Assembly: GCA_951406725.2 (NCBI GenBank)
Contig: OX597814.1
Location: 206,336,001-206,400,000 of the forward strand
From: Octopus vulgaris
Lineage: Eukaryota
Reading direction: 5' to 3'
Length of the DNA stretch: 64,000 nt
Each line of letters starts with the position of its first letter. Position 1 is the stretch's first letter. Under the pieces are notes generated by a model that was given only the letters and a program-made list of their open reading frames with translations, did not search any database and was not told where the DNA came from. Shown piece by piece: positions 12,814 to 26,619 of this stretch. A program made the translations under genes and the position numbers.

Positions 12814-14619
12814 GATAACGAGGATTTAAAACAGAACCGGTCCGTAACATCATCCGAATATAAGAAGCTTTTCAAGTCGATGGAGACGCCACCACCTAAC
12901 CCCAGACTGAAGAAATTTGAGGACGACTTATGGGGCATTGTAAGGAGCATTAAATTCAGGAAGTCGCCCCGTAGGAATAAACACCTCAGATACCTAGGGA
13001 AAATTACTAAGGATATCAACAGCTCAGACGGAATCCTGGTCCAATCTGACAAAACAAGGAACACTTACAAGATACCTATAAACCAGTACTTAGAATTACT
13101 CAGGAAAGAGATCCAGAAGAACTATAGAACTACAAATAAGAATACAATGAGAAGAGTTAACTTGGAGATTAAGAAAATTATGGTAAATTATGGGCTTCAA
13201 ATGAGAACACAACCGCTTAACCCAAGACAACCTAGATTCATCGTTAAGGACCACAAACCAAATTTCCACACCAATCCAGCATTAAGGCTCATATGCCCTT
13301 CTAGTTCCGACATCGGTTCCATCAGTAAGTACATTTTAGACAAATACATTCCTAGTTTAGTTAATAAGCTTAAGCTTAACCTTTGGGCGAACTCCTCGCA
13401 AGTCGTAAAGTGGTTCTCTTCTATCCCTAATAAAAACAGAACTAAGTTCATTCAGTTCGATATTGCTAATTTCTACCCCTCGATTAACCCTAGTGTACTC
13501 AATAAGGCCCTGTGGCATGCACATAATAAGGCAGGCCTCACAAGAGAAGAAATTGATATAATTCTAGTCGCCAGAAAATCCTTTATACAGTTTGAAGACA
13601 AGTTATGGGTTCGTAAGGATACTCCCAACGAGTTCGATGTACCTATGGGAAGTTCAGATAGCGCCCAGATTGCCGATTTGGTCGGAATCTATATTCTCTA
13701 TGAATTATCCGACCAATTCCCGGACATCGGAGGCGGCCTATATCGTGACGATTGTCTGTTTTACCTACAGAACACCCCGAATAGAATGATACAGAAAACT
13801 AAAAGTAGATTAGCTAGGTTCTTTAAAAGGATGGGCATGAGCATAGTTTTTGATAACGAACTTACCAAGGCTAATTTCTTAGATGTCACACTAAACCTGC
13901 ATAGCGATTCTTACTGCCCCTACCACAAACCTTCCACTAACTTAAAGTATGTCAGTGTTTTCTCTAACCACGCAAAAACTATAACAGACAATTTAGTTAA
14001 AAAAAGATTAACAAATTTATCTGCCAACGTCGACATTTTTAGGCAGAAAGCGGAATTTTATAATGCCGCCCTGTCAAAAGCCGGTTATTGGGAGAAGGTA
14101 GCATATATAGACCCGGCCCTTCCGAAACCAGCATTCTATCATCACGATAAGTCAAGTTACAATAACATAAATAATATAAGTAGTGATGGTAGCCTGAGGA
14201 ATGTCGATACAAGTACAACTAGCATAAATATAGATAACATAAATAATTTGCGGTCCAGGGGAGGCCATCGTAGGCCAAAACCCATTATTCAACCCAGAGA
14301 TACCCACCTTAATGTTAGAGTTGACTCTCCGAGCCAGTACAAGAACAGGAAAAACTATATTTGGTTTGTAATTCCCTTTGGTAAACAAATAAGATCTAAC
14401 CTACCGTTGCAGTTTCGCCAAGCAATTGCCAGAAATTTTCCCAGAAATTCGAGATATTACTCCACTGTAAATTCACACAAAGTTAGGATAGCCTTCTCCA
14501 ATACTAAAAATCTTTCACAGATAATTTCCTCCCATAACAATAAGCTGCTAAATAAGACCCTCTCACCCATGAGCGGAGACTGCTGTCTAATTCCAACATA
14601 ACGTCTAATTCCAACATAA

Positions 14620-14704
<85 letters not shown>

Positions 14705-16344
14705 GAACTGGCACAGATATTAGCAACCTCCATACCAACATTGGAGTTAGTAATAGTAATAAGGATAAGAGCAATGATCTCGTCATTAACGTAGGGGGAG
14801 TAAGTAATGGTAATAAGGATAAGAGCACTGATCTAGTCATTAATGTAGGGAGTCCCAACAATAATATTAGCAGCGGGTTTAACAACAGTAGTATTACGGA
14901 CATTATCAATCACAGCATTCACAGTAACAGGGAATATGCAGGTGATATTGCCTTAAATAGTAATGATAATGGCGTGAATAATATCGAATCCAGCGGTAGT
15001 TTTTACAATCATCATAGTAATAAGAACGCTGTATTAATATCGGAAACCAATCCCAATAGATTAAGGTTCTTATCTAGTAACTCCAAGATTAGAAACGCCA
15101 TTTACCAGTGCAGAGTTTATACTGATTCAGATGTCTACATTTATATCGGAGCTTCATCATCGAAATTGGCTGTTAGAATATCGAATCATTTTTCCACGTT
15201 CCGTGATAAGGAAAAGCAACACGCTACGGGGCTAAGCAAATTAGTCTGGCGTTTGAAGAACGCGAATTCAACTTTTAGACTGGAATGGTCAATTTTATCG
15301 GTGTTTTTACCGTTTGATAAGGGCAAAAAAATCTGTGCTCTTTGTAACTCGGAACTCTTTCATATTCTGTTCGCCCGAGGGCACCTTGTTAACTCGATTG
15401 TGCAAAATTCTTTCAGATGCCCCCACTGGAAACGGCATACATTTCTCTCATACCAATGAAGTCTAATATAGTTAACCCCTTGATTTCCTAAGAAAATTGA
15501 AAAAATTTGAATTTAATTTGTAATGAGATATCACTCCCCTGTTAGTATAAGAACTGCTAGTTGTCTAGAACTGCTGACATCCCTGACAGCAGCACTGTAT
15601 CCTGCCATGACCATTGTGGACACCCCCTCTCTCTATCAAGTGGTTACAGACGAACACACAGACACAGTCTTTTCTGTTGCTTGACCATTAATACCTGCTA
15701 TATCTCTCTCTCTTGCTGCCTTCGAAACACACTGCAACACATACATACACGCACACATACATACATGAAAGCAATTTCTCACACTCAAACTCTCTAGCAC
15801 TCATTCTTAAAATAATTCAAATATTAACACCAGTCATACAGAATACATTCACACTCTTTGATTTTCTTGTACTACCCTTCTGCTAACCGGATTTTGACCT
15901 TGAATTATCTCAACGGACCTTCTCGTCTGCTTTCACCCAGCCTGGCGTCAACGCATATAGATAGACAGTTTGTGCCATTTATTCCATGGGCTCCTCGTGA
16001 GCGTTTGTTGAAAAGCTTGCTGTGCATTTTGTTGGAGAATTAAGTTCCTGGATTTTCCTGAAGAGAAGGCTGCAAAATGGACTCCTTATTCAATCCGAAT
16101 TAGAGACTTTGCAGCCTTTGAAACATATGTAGAAAATAATAAAAAGGAATTTTGTTAAATCTTCGTTCAGCTCCATTTCTTCCTACACTAAATATATAAA
16201 ACTTCAAATTTCCGCACTAAGGCACGGAGTTTAGGCCCCATGGTCGTAACCTCAACCGTGCTTTTTCTGTTGTGATTTTTGCTACCCAGGTATCGGTTAT
16301 CATTTGAATTATCCGTAATAAGATAATTCATTTATCTACTTCAA

Positions 16345-16345
<1 letters not shown>
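12812..16345 (+). mobile_element. Penelope-like retroelement (RT + C-terminal GIY-YIG; tentatively Naiad-like), in (TA)n
   Basis: RT 12880-14601 (KDHK..RLI, FDIANFYPSI, GLYRDD, FLDVTL). Same-frame Asn-rich linker and endonuclease to 15459 (AIYQC..YIG..R..H, CALC..E..N..CPH). 3' extension carries a hammerhead. (TA)n on both sides. Confidence 0.92.
16052..16137 (+). ncRNA. Type I hammerhead ribozyme in Penelope 3' extension
   Basis: ATTTTC-CTGAAGA-GAAGGCTGCAAA...TTTGCAGCCTTT-GAAA-CATATG-TA-GAAAAT. Stems I and II pair, palindromic stem III, GUA cleavage triplet. Confidence 0.88.
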
Positions 16346-16395
<50 letters not shown>

Positions 16396-16396
16396 G

Positions 16397-16431
<35 letters not shown>

Positions 16432-16454
16432 ATTTATGTATACTTATAGATATA

Positions 16455-16524
<70 letters not shown>

Positions 16525-17078
16525 GAAGGCTACTACTGTCTTTCTTCTCCTGGCTACCTTCAAGTAGAGACGGCAAACCTGTTGCTCCCTCGCTGTTCTC
16601 AAAAAATAGCGTTTGTAAAAAAATTTATCTCGTTCAGCTTAACAGCCCTTCTTGTTTGTGTTACTGTTATTCTCCGTGTCCTGTCTTTTACTGTTTATAT
16701 TTTGTACTGTCGTTACTGTCCTGTTTTTGTTACCATTTTTACCCCTCCGCAGAAAAATCTCAAATTTTATTTAATTTGATTTTCGCGGGAAGGAAAGTTT
16801 CATAAAGTCATGTATCGCCTTGACTTTCGAAACGTGGAGTAGATGAAACAAAGGCGACTGAAGAAGGCAAATTTTCCTTGTTTAGTATGTCCTGTACTTT
16901 TTTCGTTGTCTAAGAAAAATGTCCATTTCCTTGGTTTTGTGTTTATGTTTTCGTTTCTCATTGTGTTCGACGTTTTTTTTTTTGGTGTCCTGTACCCATA
17001 TATGCATGTATATATACATGTAGAGGTAGGTACTTACATATATGTATGTATATATGCATATGTTTTATTTATTTATTA

Positions 17079-17114
<36 letters not shown>

Positions 17115-17115
17115 A

Positions 17116-17169
<54 letters not shown>

Positions 17170-17303
17170 GGATAAGCATGTTAGACGGGTGAAAATATAA
17201 AGTATATTAAATACATGAAATACAAAAATTGCATATATGTATATCTGACACACAGAATGCAAATGATACAGAGAATTAAAGATGTTGAAGTAAAGTATTA
17301 CAA

Positions 17304-17396
17304 ATCCAACAGCTGTTTCTGGGGAGTCGGTGGTCCAAAATAATGTTTATAGATTGATTCCATCGTAGAATGAGATGAGCCTCCATCTTCGGCGAT
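17304..17396 (-). ncRNA. Degenerate hammerhead ribozyme
   Basis: Minus strand ATCG-CCGAAGA-TGGAG...CTCCCCA-GAAA-CAGCTG-TT-GGAT. Core U>C change and weak stem I. Confidence 0.55.
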
Positions 17397-18069
17397 GAGA
17401 TCTTACATTTGAGATGTTAAAGGAAAGAAGTTCAAAGATGGAATGAATACGTGGAGAGCCAAGTGTTTTAGAGGGAGAAATTGGGGAGGTATTCAGATAG
17501 GGAATAGTGAGAGGAGAAAATAAATTTCAAGTGTTAGGGGTTAATAAAGAGACTAGTAGGGAGTAATAGTAGTAGAGGTGGAAGAGAGGAGGGTTGTGTT
17601 GGTGGTAATTGTTGGGATAGCGAGAAAAGAGAATGGCCATTATTTGGGAGGAGTAAGTTGACTGGTCCAGTGGCTGACGGAGATTACTAAATAGAGAAGT
17701 ATGAGAGAAGATAGAGGGAGGTGGATGAGAGTGATGGTGGGAGTTGATAGTCTATACTCTCCATATTGTCCTATCCAATGCATTCCGTATTGTTCTAGGC
17801 TAATGATACATGAAGCCTCATAGTAAAAAGACGTCTCTCTCTCTCTCTCTTCCAGATCAGTGGCTATCATTGCAATATTAAGATGTTCGCGTTTGTCTGT
17901 GTGTCTGTATGTATGTATATGTGTGTTGTGAATGTAAGTGTGTGTATGCGCTCGTGTGTGTGCGCATGCGTGCTCAAGCACCTCAGTCTGCTTCCCATTT
18001 CCCAGCGTTTGCTCCCTCCTTGAATCTCTTATATCATTTTTATTCTTACATTTTCCGAAGTCCCGCTAT

Positions 18070-18275
18070 TCTCCATTCGTTTATTCTTTTACTTGTTTCA
18101 GCCATGCTGGAGCACCGCGCTGAAGTGTTTTAGTCGAGCAAATCGATCCCAGGGCTTACATTTTAGTCTGGTGCTTATTTTTAACGGTCTTTTTGCGAAA
18201 CCGTTAAGTTACGGGGACGGAAACGCACCAACACCGGTTGTCAAACGGTGATGAGGGCACAAACACAGCGCAAAC
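18070..18275 (-). mobile_element. SINE 3' half
   Basis: Reverse complement of the GATTTGCTCGACTAAA..GCTCCAGCATGGC..TGAAACAAG tail seen at ~31410-31480. Confidence 0.75.
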
Positions 18276-18995
18276 ATACATACATACATACATACATGTT
18301 AGGATCCGTTCATCTTACTAAAGTTGCAGTGAACATAGTGAAAGCCATAACTAACCTGACTTCATCGAGGGCCGCCATCTTGAAATTAAACACAAACAGT
18401 GACTGTATTATCATTGGCAGAATACAGTATGGCAAAGGCATATTCCAATGGGACAGCCTTTCTGTGATGTTGTTTATACTTTCTGTAAAACCCTCGTCAT
18501 TCATGTTAAGGAAGTCTGAGGAATATCTCACTGGTTCACAAGGAAACAGACATACCAAAACTACACACTGTTTCTTTGTGGTTGGTTTCAAACTATATGC
18601 CATGAATGTGTATGAGATGAAAAAAAAGCCTTGGCCTAGTTACGACATTCTCAAAGGAAGTAGGGTTGGAGTTTGGTCAGGATAAATGTTATAAGGTTGT
18701 GAAAAGGGGTAAAACTATAAACCAGACCAACAACATTTCCGTCAATCATTTAATTGATTCCTCTATATCTGATGAGGAATATTACTGATATCTGGGGGTG
18801 CATGAATACATATCTTATATTGGCACCTGTAACAAAACACATGCCACAAAAGACTATCACAGCCAAATAAAGAAAATTTGAACCTCAGAACTCTTTGCAT
18901 TCGATGAAACAGTGGCCCACACACAAAGATAAATTGATAGATACAACTGAGTATTTCTATAGTTATAGATGTATATGTATACATGTATATGTGTA

Positions 18996-19049
<54 letters not shown>

Positions 19050-19054
<5 letters not shown>

Positions 19055-19845
19055 TTTATACATAAATATAAGAGAGTAACCACTATGTGGTCGAATCTAG
19101 CACTAAAAATAGATCCGCTAGGTTTCAGCCACAAAGAATTGTTTCCGATGAAAGTTAGCACGACTACTAGCGCAAACGAACAAGGCAAATAAAAATAACA
19201 AAAATGCAGATTAGTTCAGGACAATTGTTTCGCTATTAATAAATTATGTAATTTTACTCACATAACATATCTGTAGCTCTTCAGCCGAAACGGTCCAGAA
19301 TACAATTTACTCAACCGCACGCTAGATTTTACCATAACGATAAACACACGTGCGGTTCGGTCGATTGCATTCGCTGTTATAATTCAAGTGCCCCTTCCAC
19401 AGCCTGCCAAAATTCACGGAAACAGATAATACATCCAAAATTATATGTAGTATAATTACAATCAACTAATAAGGGTGAGAAAATTGGATACTAATTTAAT
19501 AGTACATCCATTTAACACCAAGTGGCTTAGTGCATAAAAAACCTGGATTTCGATAAATTTTATACATAAATATAAGAGAGTAACCACTATGTGGTATTTT
19601 TGTTATTTTTATTTGCCTTGTTCGTTTGCGCTAGTAGTCGTGCTAACTTTCATCGGAAACAATTCTTTGTGGCTGAAACCTAGCGGATCTATTTTTAGTG
19701 CTAGAGTCGACCACATAGTGATTACTCTCTTATATTTATGTAAAAATTTATCGAAATCCAGGTTTTTTAAGCACTAAGCCACTTGGTGTTAAATGGATGT
19801 ACTATTAAATTAGTATCCAATTTTCTCACCCTTATTAGTTGATTA
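19050..19845 (-). mobile_element. Non-autonomous Penelope-derived element: partial tandem plus inverted pLTR-like segment, in (TA)n
   Basis: ~19052-19090 repeated at ~19555-19595 (period ~500 nt). ~19596-19845 is an inverted copy of the unit. Contains a hammerhead. Confidence 0.75.
19215..19289 (-). ncRNA. Type I hammerhead ribozyme
   Basis: Minus strand TTCGG-CTGAAGA-GCTA...TAGC-GAAA-CAATTG-TC-CTGAA. Confidence 0.82.
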
Positions 19846-19946
19846 TATATATATATATATACATGTAATATGTACACACACATATATACACATATATACA
19901 TACATACATATATACACCCATACACATATACACAAACACGTACATA

Positions 19947-20270
19947 GTGCGGGTGTGGCTGTGTGGTAACACACTTGGTTCCAAATCACATGGTCCTAGG
20001 TTCAGTCCCACTGTGTGGTGACTTGGCATATATCTTCTGCTATAATCTCACACCAACCAAAGCCTTGTCAGTGGATTTCGTAGACAGAAACTGAAAGAAA
20101 TCAATCGTATATATATGTATGTATATATGTAAGTCTATGTGTGTGACTTTATTTCTGTGTTTCGCCCTCATCACTGCTTCACAACTGCTGTTCGTTTATT
20201 TACATCCCCATAACTTACTGGTTTCACAAGAACAAACTAATAGAATAAATACTAGGCTTATCAACATGAA
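19947..20270 (+). mobile_element. tRNA-derived SINE (degenerate)
   Basis: TGGCTGTGTGG A-box-like and GGTTCAGTCC B-box-like motifs. Matches the 31041 family. Confidence 0.8.
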
Positions 20271-20374
20271 AAAAGCACTAGGCTATCTCATATTTTTGTT
20301 TGCCCACTCAGGTGTATCTATCAATTTATCTTTGTGTGTGTGTTTCTATATATATATATAATTGACACAAACAT

Positions 20375-20480
<106 letters not shown>

Positions 20481-20493
20481 GTGCACATTCATA

Positions 20494-22158
20494 TCTTTTA
20501 TATCAAAGTCAATGTCTTTATGTGTGTTCGTGTGTCACTTATACATTCGAAAACTGCTGCACCGATCATCATAAAATTTGGAACACAAAATCCAACCCTA
20601 GGAAGAAGGGTAATGCTGTGTGTTTCATACAATTTCATGGACTAAAATTACTAAATGGATCCTTATGATATTTGACACTTATATTCAATGCATTAGTGCA
20701 GGTAAAATACAAAATGTTTGGCTTGAATTTCAAATGGCTTAAAGGGGAGCAGAACCCCTGTGAAAATTCATAAATTTTCGATGTTGATGAAATTTCAGCC
20801 ATGGGTAATTAACACACATCAAGAAGTATTCTCAAAGTTTCCACTTCACATGAGGATTCTAAGACACCCAAATGGGGGCCTTAACTCCCAAATTTTAGTC
20901 ATTTCTTTTATGATCCAAAACTAAGTCAAAAGTACTGAATGGATCTTTACGAAATTTGGAAATTATATTCTATGCATAACGGCCATAACCCCCATGGCAA
21001 TTCATGTATTTTTGCTGTTGATGACATTTTAACTATAGATATTTGATACAAATGAAGTAATATAAAATTTCATCTTACAAGTTAGAAAGACCCCTTCATG
21101 GGGACTTAACACCCACAATTTAGTCATTTTATCTAAGCAAAGACGAATGGAGTTGTGCTCTTGGAAGCTGTGGGGTCATCCGAGCACATCAGATAAGCAT
21201 TATTTGTAATTCAATGGTACAACAGTGTAAGAGTTTGCTTTGACATACACTTAAATTGTGATTTCTGCAATGTGCTGCATAAATTGTCAAGTAAATGAGA
21301 GGCATCTTTGTTTCCACTGATTCAGTTGCAAAGTGTGGAGTAAAGTTATTTGATTGCAGACCTCCTTTCAGTCTTTTTATTATCACTGGGTCACACATAG
21401 TCCCTAGATGGTAACATTGATTTCAAGGTCTTCCCAGATGAGTGACTGGTTATTCAAAGACATTTATAGATTGTAAATTTATTCTGTCCAGTTACGTATC
21501 AGTATAGTGGTCATTTGCAAAATCCACACTTTCATTTCTCCTTGGCCATCACGTCACATAGTTGTTAATGTTTATTTCAGATGGGTCACGCCCTACCAAT
21601 CGCTATAGATTCGTAATGCATCTTACGGCTGTGCCTGTCACCTGGATGGTGAGGAATCCTACATTGGGAGTGGTAACGACTAGGGTACTGTAGCTGACTG
21701 CTTATTGTTATCATTCATCTTTTGGTTTCCTGTAGCTTTGCTCCCTTCTACAAATCCAGTGAACATATATTTCCTATTTCAAAGAAATTCAAGCTGTACA
21801 TATAAGACCCAAGTAAAAAAGATTCTCAAAAGTTCAACTTCTCTGGTTGACATTAAGACACCCATCCCCAATAGGGGCCTTAATATTTTAGAGCTCCGTG
21901 AGCTCCATTTTACAGGAGCAAAATCCTTTTAACAGGTTCTATAAGACTGGAATTTTGGAATATGCGCATAAAAATCAGTAGTATGGGATACATGTGGCAC
22001 GATTACAATTTTTTAGGGTGTGTAAAGAGGGAAATAACCCTCATCTGTAATTTTGATGAAATTCGAAACATAGGTATTCCAGTTCATTACAGAAAATATT
22101 ACAAAAAGTCTAATTCTTCAATTGTATGTAACACGGGCAACGCCGGGTAACTCTGCTA

Positions 22159-22159
<1 letters not shown>
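20494..22159 (+). mobile_element. Non-autonomous Helitron
   Basis: A|TCTTTTATATCAAAG 5' end. 3' GC-rich GGGCAACGCCGGG motif then CTAG|T. Internal tandem subrepeats ~20630-21140. Confidence 0.7.
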
Positions 22160-22215
<56 letters not shown>

Positions 22216-22286
22216 AATATATATATATATGAATCCCCAACGTAGAATTTTTGATGTAATACATGTCCTTGAAGTAGTAATTGTGC

Positions 22287-22364
22287 GCGGCTGAAGAAGG
22301 CCATAGACACACATTATGCATTGTTATAAATCCGTCTAATAAAGGCCCGAAACATATGTACCGC
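22287..22364 (+). ncRNA. Type I hammerhead ribozyme
   Basis: GCGG-CTGAAGA-AGGCC...GGCCC-GAAA-CATATG-TA-CCGC. A-C mismatch at the base of stem II. Confidence 0.78.
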
Positions 22365-24136
22365 TGAATCCTTGGCATCATGTTTTTATTTTGATTAATT
22401 TACTCCACCACCTACACCACCAAACGGTATATACAGGTGCTTACAATTATCAAGTACTCACCCTGAATTTATATATATATATATATATCCTTATTGCCGA
22501 AACAGCTGTCAGATATGATATAATTACATATTATATTTTATATTTTATATTTCTATTTCCTTGTCTAATTATATTTACAATATATTTTGTATAATGCCTT
22601 TACTGTTATGTAATGGTGTAATAAAGTATTGTTTGGGTATCATCTGATGGTTGATGTTTGATTGATTTAAGTATGTTTCTCCATTTTCTAATTTTGTAGT
22701 ATATATATATATATATATATATATATCATCGTCTGAAAATCCAAAGGTCAAGGAAACATATATGCACTCGTATATTTATCAATATAGTGGGTATATTAAA
22801 CAAGGCATTAAGTATTAGACATCCATTTCACCCGAAACATGGATGGGCACCCACCCGACACACCTATCACCCTAGAAAGCAAACTCTTCACATATACCAA
22901 CCTGGAAATTCTACCTGTACGTATTTTCACTAGACTTTTGCTGTCTTGTTGCTATGTTGGATACTGTAGGTCTAAAGAATATAACACTTGATGAATCCCT
23001 CACTGATTTCTCTTGAGGTTTCGCTCTTTTCCACAGCATCCACAGAATGGCTGTGAAATTTTTCATCTCCAATAATAGAGCAGTCGCTATATTTTTCCCC
23101 TACTAGCTATTTTAGCAAAGGACGTGGTACAAAGGACGTCGTTTGTTTGGATTTTTACACAATAGGCCATTCTTAGCAAGTTGCTTCCAAAAAGTTATAC
23201 TTTTTCCAAGGTTGTCTTGTGCGTGTTTTTGTATCTTTTGTTTGGTCCAAATTGTGATCAAGAACCAAATGTTACTTTTGCGAAGATCTGTCTGGAAAGA
23301 GTGAAGTCGGGCATGTGCGCTACATGTTCACTCTACCGCAGTTAGAATTCGCTCATAAAGCATACACGCTTGGAATGTTAGCTCTGTCGATAACACTTTT
23401 ATTTGGAGCTTTATTGTCCTCTGATGTTAAGAACTTTTCGCAAGTGTGTCAGGTGAAAGTGGTTACATTTTTTGGCATGTCTGGTAAACTGTCCAGATTT
23501 CACAAGCATCCTGTAGTCTAGTCCCCACAGCATCCACAGAGTGGCCGTGAAAATTTTCACCTCCAATAAGAGAGCGGTCGCTATATTTTTTCCCCTACCA
23601 GCTATTTTACCAAAGGACGTGGTGCTAATTAACCACACAGGTATCTAATACCTGGTTATCGAATACGATTAGTGGGATCGGCTGTAAAGGAGCTATATTA
23701 CTGTATGCTTTGATTGATACACACACGCGCACAAAAAAGCGGAAATGGATAGAGATTAATAAGCCATAGTGTCCAGAGGAATGGGTTTCGAGAAGAAAGT
23801 CAAACAACGTTCAAGTAGATATCCAAATGAATTCTTTATTTGATTCGAAACGAAATAAACAAAAATCTGAATTAAATCAGGCAGAAAGATAAGATTAAGC
23901 AATCAAATATTCTTTGAGATTATACATTTAAATGGCTTGCGTGGGGGTGGGGTGGATACAGGATAGTTGTAACAGGTATTTCTAGCTCAACAGGCGTCAT
24001 CAGAACGACAGATGCGTTGTCATGACTGAAGCTAGACATAAAACAACCGGAACAAAATGGTAAAACACATGTAAGGATTTGGTTCTGTGCATAGGACAAA
24101 CGGCGAGAAGCAAATTGAAACAGGCACGCATACAGG

Positions 24137-24174
<38 letters not shown>

Positions 24175-24196
24175 TCACCACACACACACACACACG

Positions 24197-24261
<65 letters not shown>

Positions 24262-25154
24262 TGAGAGCCCCTTCGGTCACGACAGAGACCATGGGATTGC
24301 ACCAAGAAAGTTACCCTCTCAGGCACAAGTCCGGGCAAGGTTGTTTATGGAGGACTCGCAGTCGCCCATGCATACCGGCCTCCCATCTCCACGCCACCAG
24401 TGTTACCCAAGGGAAAGGCAAAGGGGTCGATACAGCTAGGTACCTGTGACGTCGCAACTCATTTCTACAGCGGAGTGAACTGGAGCAACATCAAATATAT
24501 ATATATATAACGTATAGTAAATAAAGAAATGAACACATACTAAATGCACAGGCGAACAGAAAACACACAAAGTCACGAAATCTTCGTCAGTTATCGGCAA
24601 GAGGAGTCAAACGCAATTTCAGCCATTTTCGATAATATTGTTTCCTCTCTGGAAGCACCAGCAAAAGACTTGCCGGGAATGGGATCAAAATATAACAAAA
24701 TGAGACGGGATCAAGACGAAACCGTTAGTGGACGGTCGAAGGACAAAACAAACAGAATAAGGGCTTAGAACCACACGAAGACAACAATTAATAATGATAA
24801 TAATACATATAGGGAAGAAAATAGCCTTGGGGCTGCAAGACAAGATGAAAGTGGGTAACACGAAGGAGAAATGAAAACTGTCCTAAGGAACGTGAGGGAT
24901 AGAGCGAGGAGCTCAGAAAATCGTGACCAGTGCGGTCGAAGGCAACGTAAAAAATTATATGACACCACCATAGGTCGTCACGGGTCACATGATAGTTGGA
25001 AGAGGGTAACAGATAAAGAGAGAGAGAGAGAGGGGGAAATAAAGAGGAGAAAAGTAAAGGAAAGAAACATGGAGACACAAAAATATCCCAAGAAATTAAA
25101 GAGTGCGTGCGTTACATAAATAACAGGAAGACAACAAACGGAAAATATGACATG

Positions 25155-25204
<50 letters not shown>

Positions 25205-25211
<7 letters not shown>

Positions 25212-25655
25212 TTAATAAGGGTGAGAGAATTAGATACTAATTTAATAGTATATCTATTCAACACCAGGTGGCCCAGTGCCCCGAGAAACCTGGATTATTA
25301 TAATATTTTATAATATATTATAATATTTTATACAAAAATAAATATAAGAGAGTGGTCACTATATGGCTCACTCTAGCACTAGTAAATCCAAAAGGTTTCA
25401 ACCACAAAAATACATATTTCCCATGAAAGTCAGTACGATTGTTAGCTCACACGAACAGGGCAAATAAAAAATAACAAAAATACAGATTATTTTGGGACAA
25501 TTGTTTCCTGTTCGTGTGAGCTAACAATCGTACTGACTTTCATGGGAAACATGTATTTTTGTGGTTGAAACCTTTTGGATTTACTAGTGCTACAGTGAGC
25601 CATATAGTGACCACTCTCTTATATTTATTTTTGTATAAAATATTATAATATATCT
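25205..25655. mobile_element. Related Penelope-derived element with ~145-bp inverted arms
   Basis: Starts AATAAGGGTGAGAGAATT like 19467. ~25314-25459 is inverted at ~25507-25652. Hammerhead 3' half (GAAACAATTGTC, minus) at the junction. Confidence 0.7.
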
Positions 25656-25789
25656 AACGGTGATTCTGGAATTTTATTTTCGTTTCTTTATTTGGATCGG
25701 ATTCCTCAGTCACCAAATTTATCAAATTTTTATAAACTAGAAAGAAGAGGAAACGTTGCGTATCCATTTCCGTAATTATAAACTCTAAG

Positions 25790-26584
25790 TAGAATGGGAA
25801 TTTCTGGACACCTGTAAAAAATTGGAAAAGTGAAGAAAACAGATAGGTTTGTTCTACATCAACTGAACGAGATTTGAAAAAAAAAAAAAAAAAAAACCAG
25901 AAGCCTCTAAATGTGCTTATTATTGCTTTCCCGACTAGAAAAATACCATTTTTGGATCAAATCCTTACTTGTGATGACAAATGGAAACTCATTGACAACA
26001 GCAGAACAGGACAGTGATTAAATGCAGGAGAGTCACCTAAACGCACCATTGCACCCTAAAAAGTTGGTTGTCATTGTATGGTCGTCCGCGAAGGGAGTTA
26101 TTCATTATTCATATTTGCAACAAGGGAAAACGGTAACAACAACATCGTATTGCTAGGAAATTGATTGTATGCGTGAGAATTTGAAAAAGAAGCAACCCAG
26201 AATAGTGAAGAGAGATGGCCCAATTTTGCTCCACGACATTGCACGTGCTCACTCTCCACAAGCTACGGTCCAAATGTTGCAAATCCGGAATTATGAGATT
26301 TTGCAGCATTCTCTGATATCTCTCCAACTAATCATCACTTATTTAAGCATATTGCCTATTTCATAAACAATAAAACATTCGTAAAGAGAGAAGAGGTGAT
26401 TGAAGCATTCGGACAGTTTAACAGCAAATGATGGATTCCCTTTTAAAGATGGAAAATATGACATAGACAAAACTTTGGTAAATGAACGGGGATCATACTT
26501 TGATTAAATGAATCAGTTCTCCAACATTTCTGAAACATTTTATTGTTAGCTTTCAAATACGACAATTCATGTAAAACAACCTAA
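25790..26584 (+). mobile_element. Degenerate mariner transposon (3' part)
   Basis: FLDQILTCDDKW, LHPKK..VW..GVIHY, GPILLHDIARAH. Right TIR-like end ..AAAACAACCTAA|TA at 26584-26586. Confidence 0.88.
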
Positions 26585-26619
26585 TATTAAGCTAGGAACT
26601 TTTCCATTTGAACGGCAGA

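Noticed and set aside
14599-14619. Selenocysteine recoding as in some Naiad PLEs
   Set aside because: The in-frame stops are TAA, not TGA.
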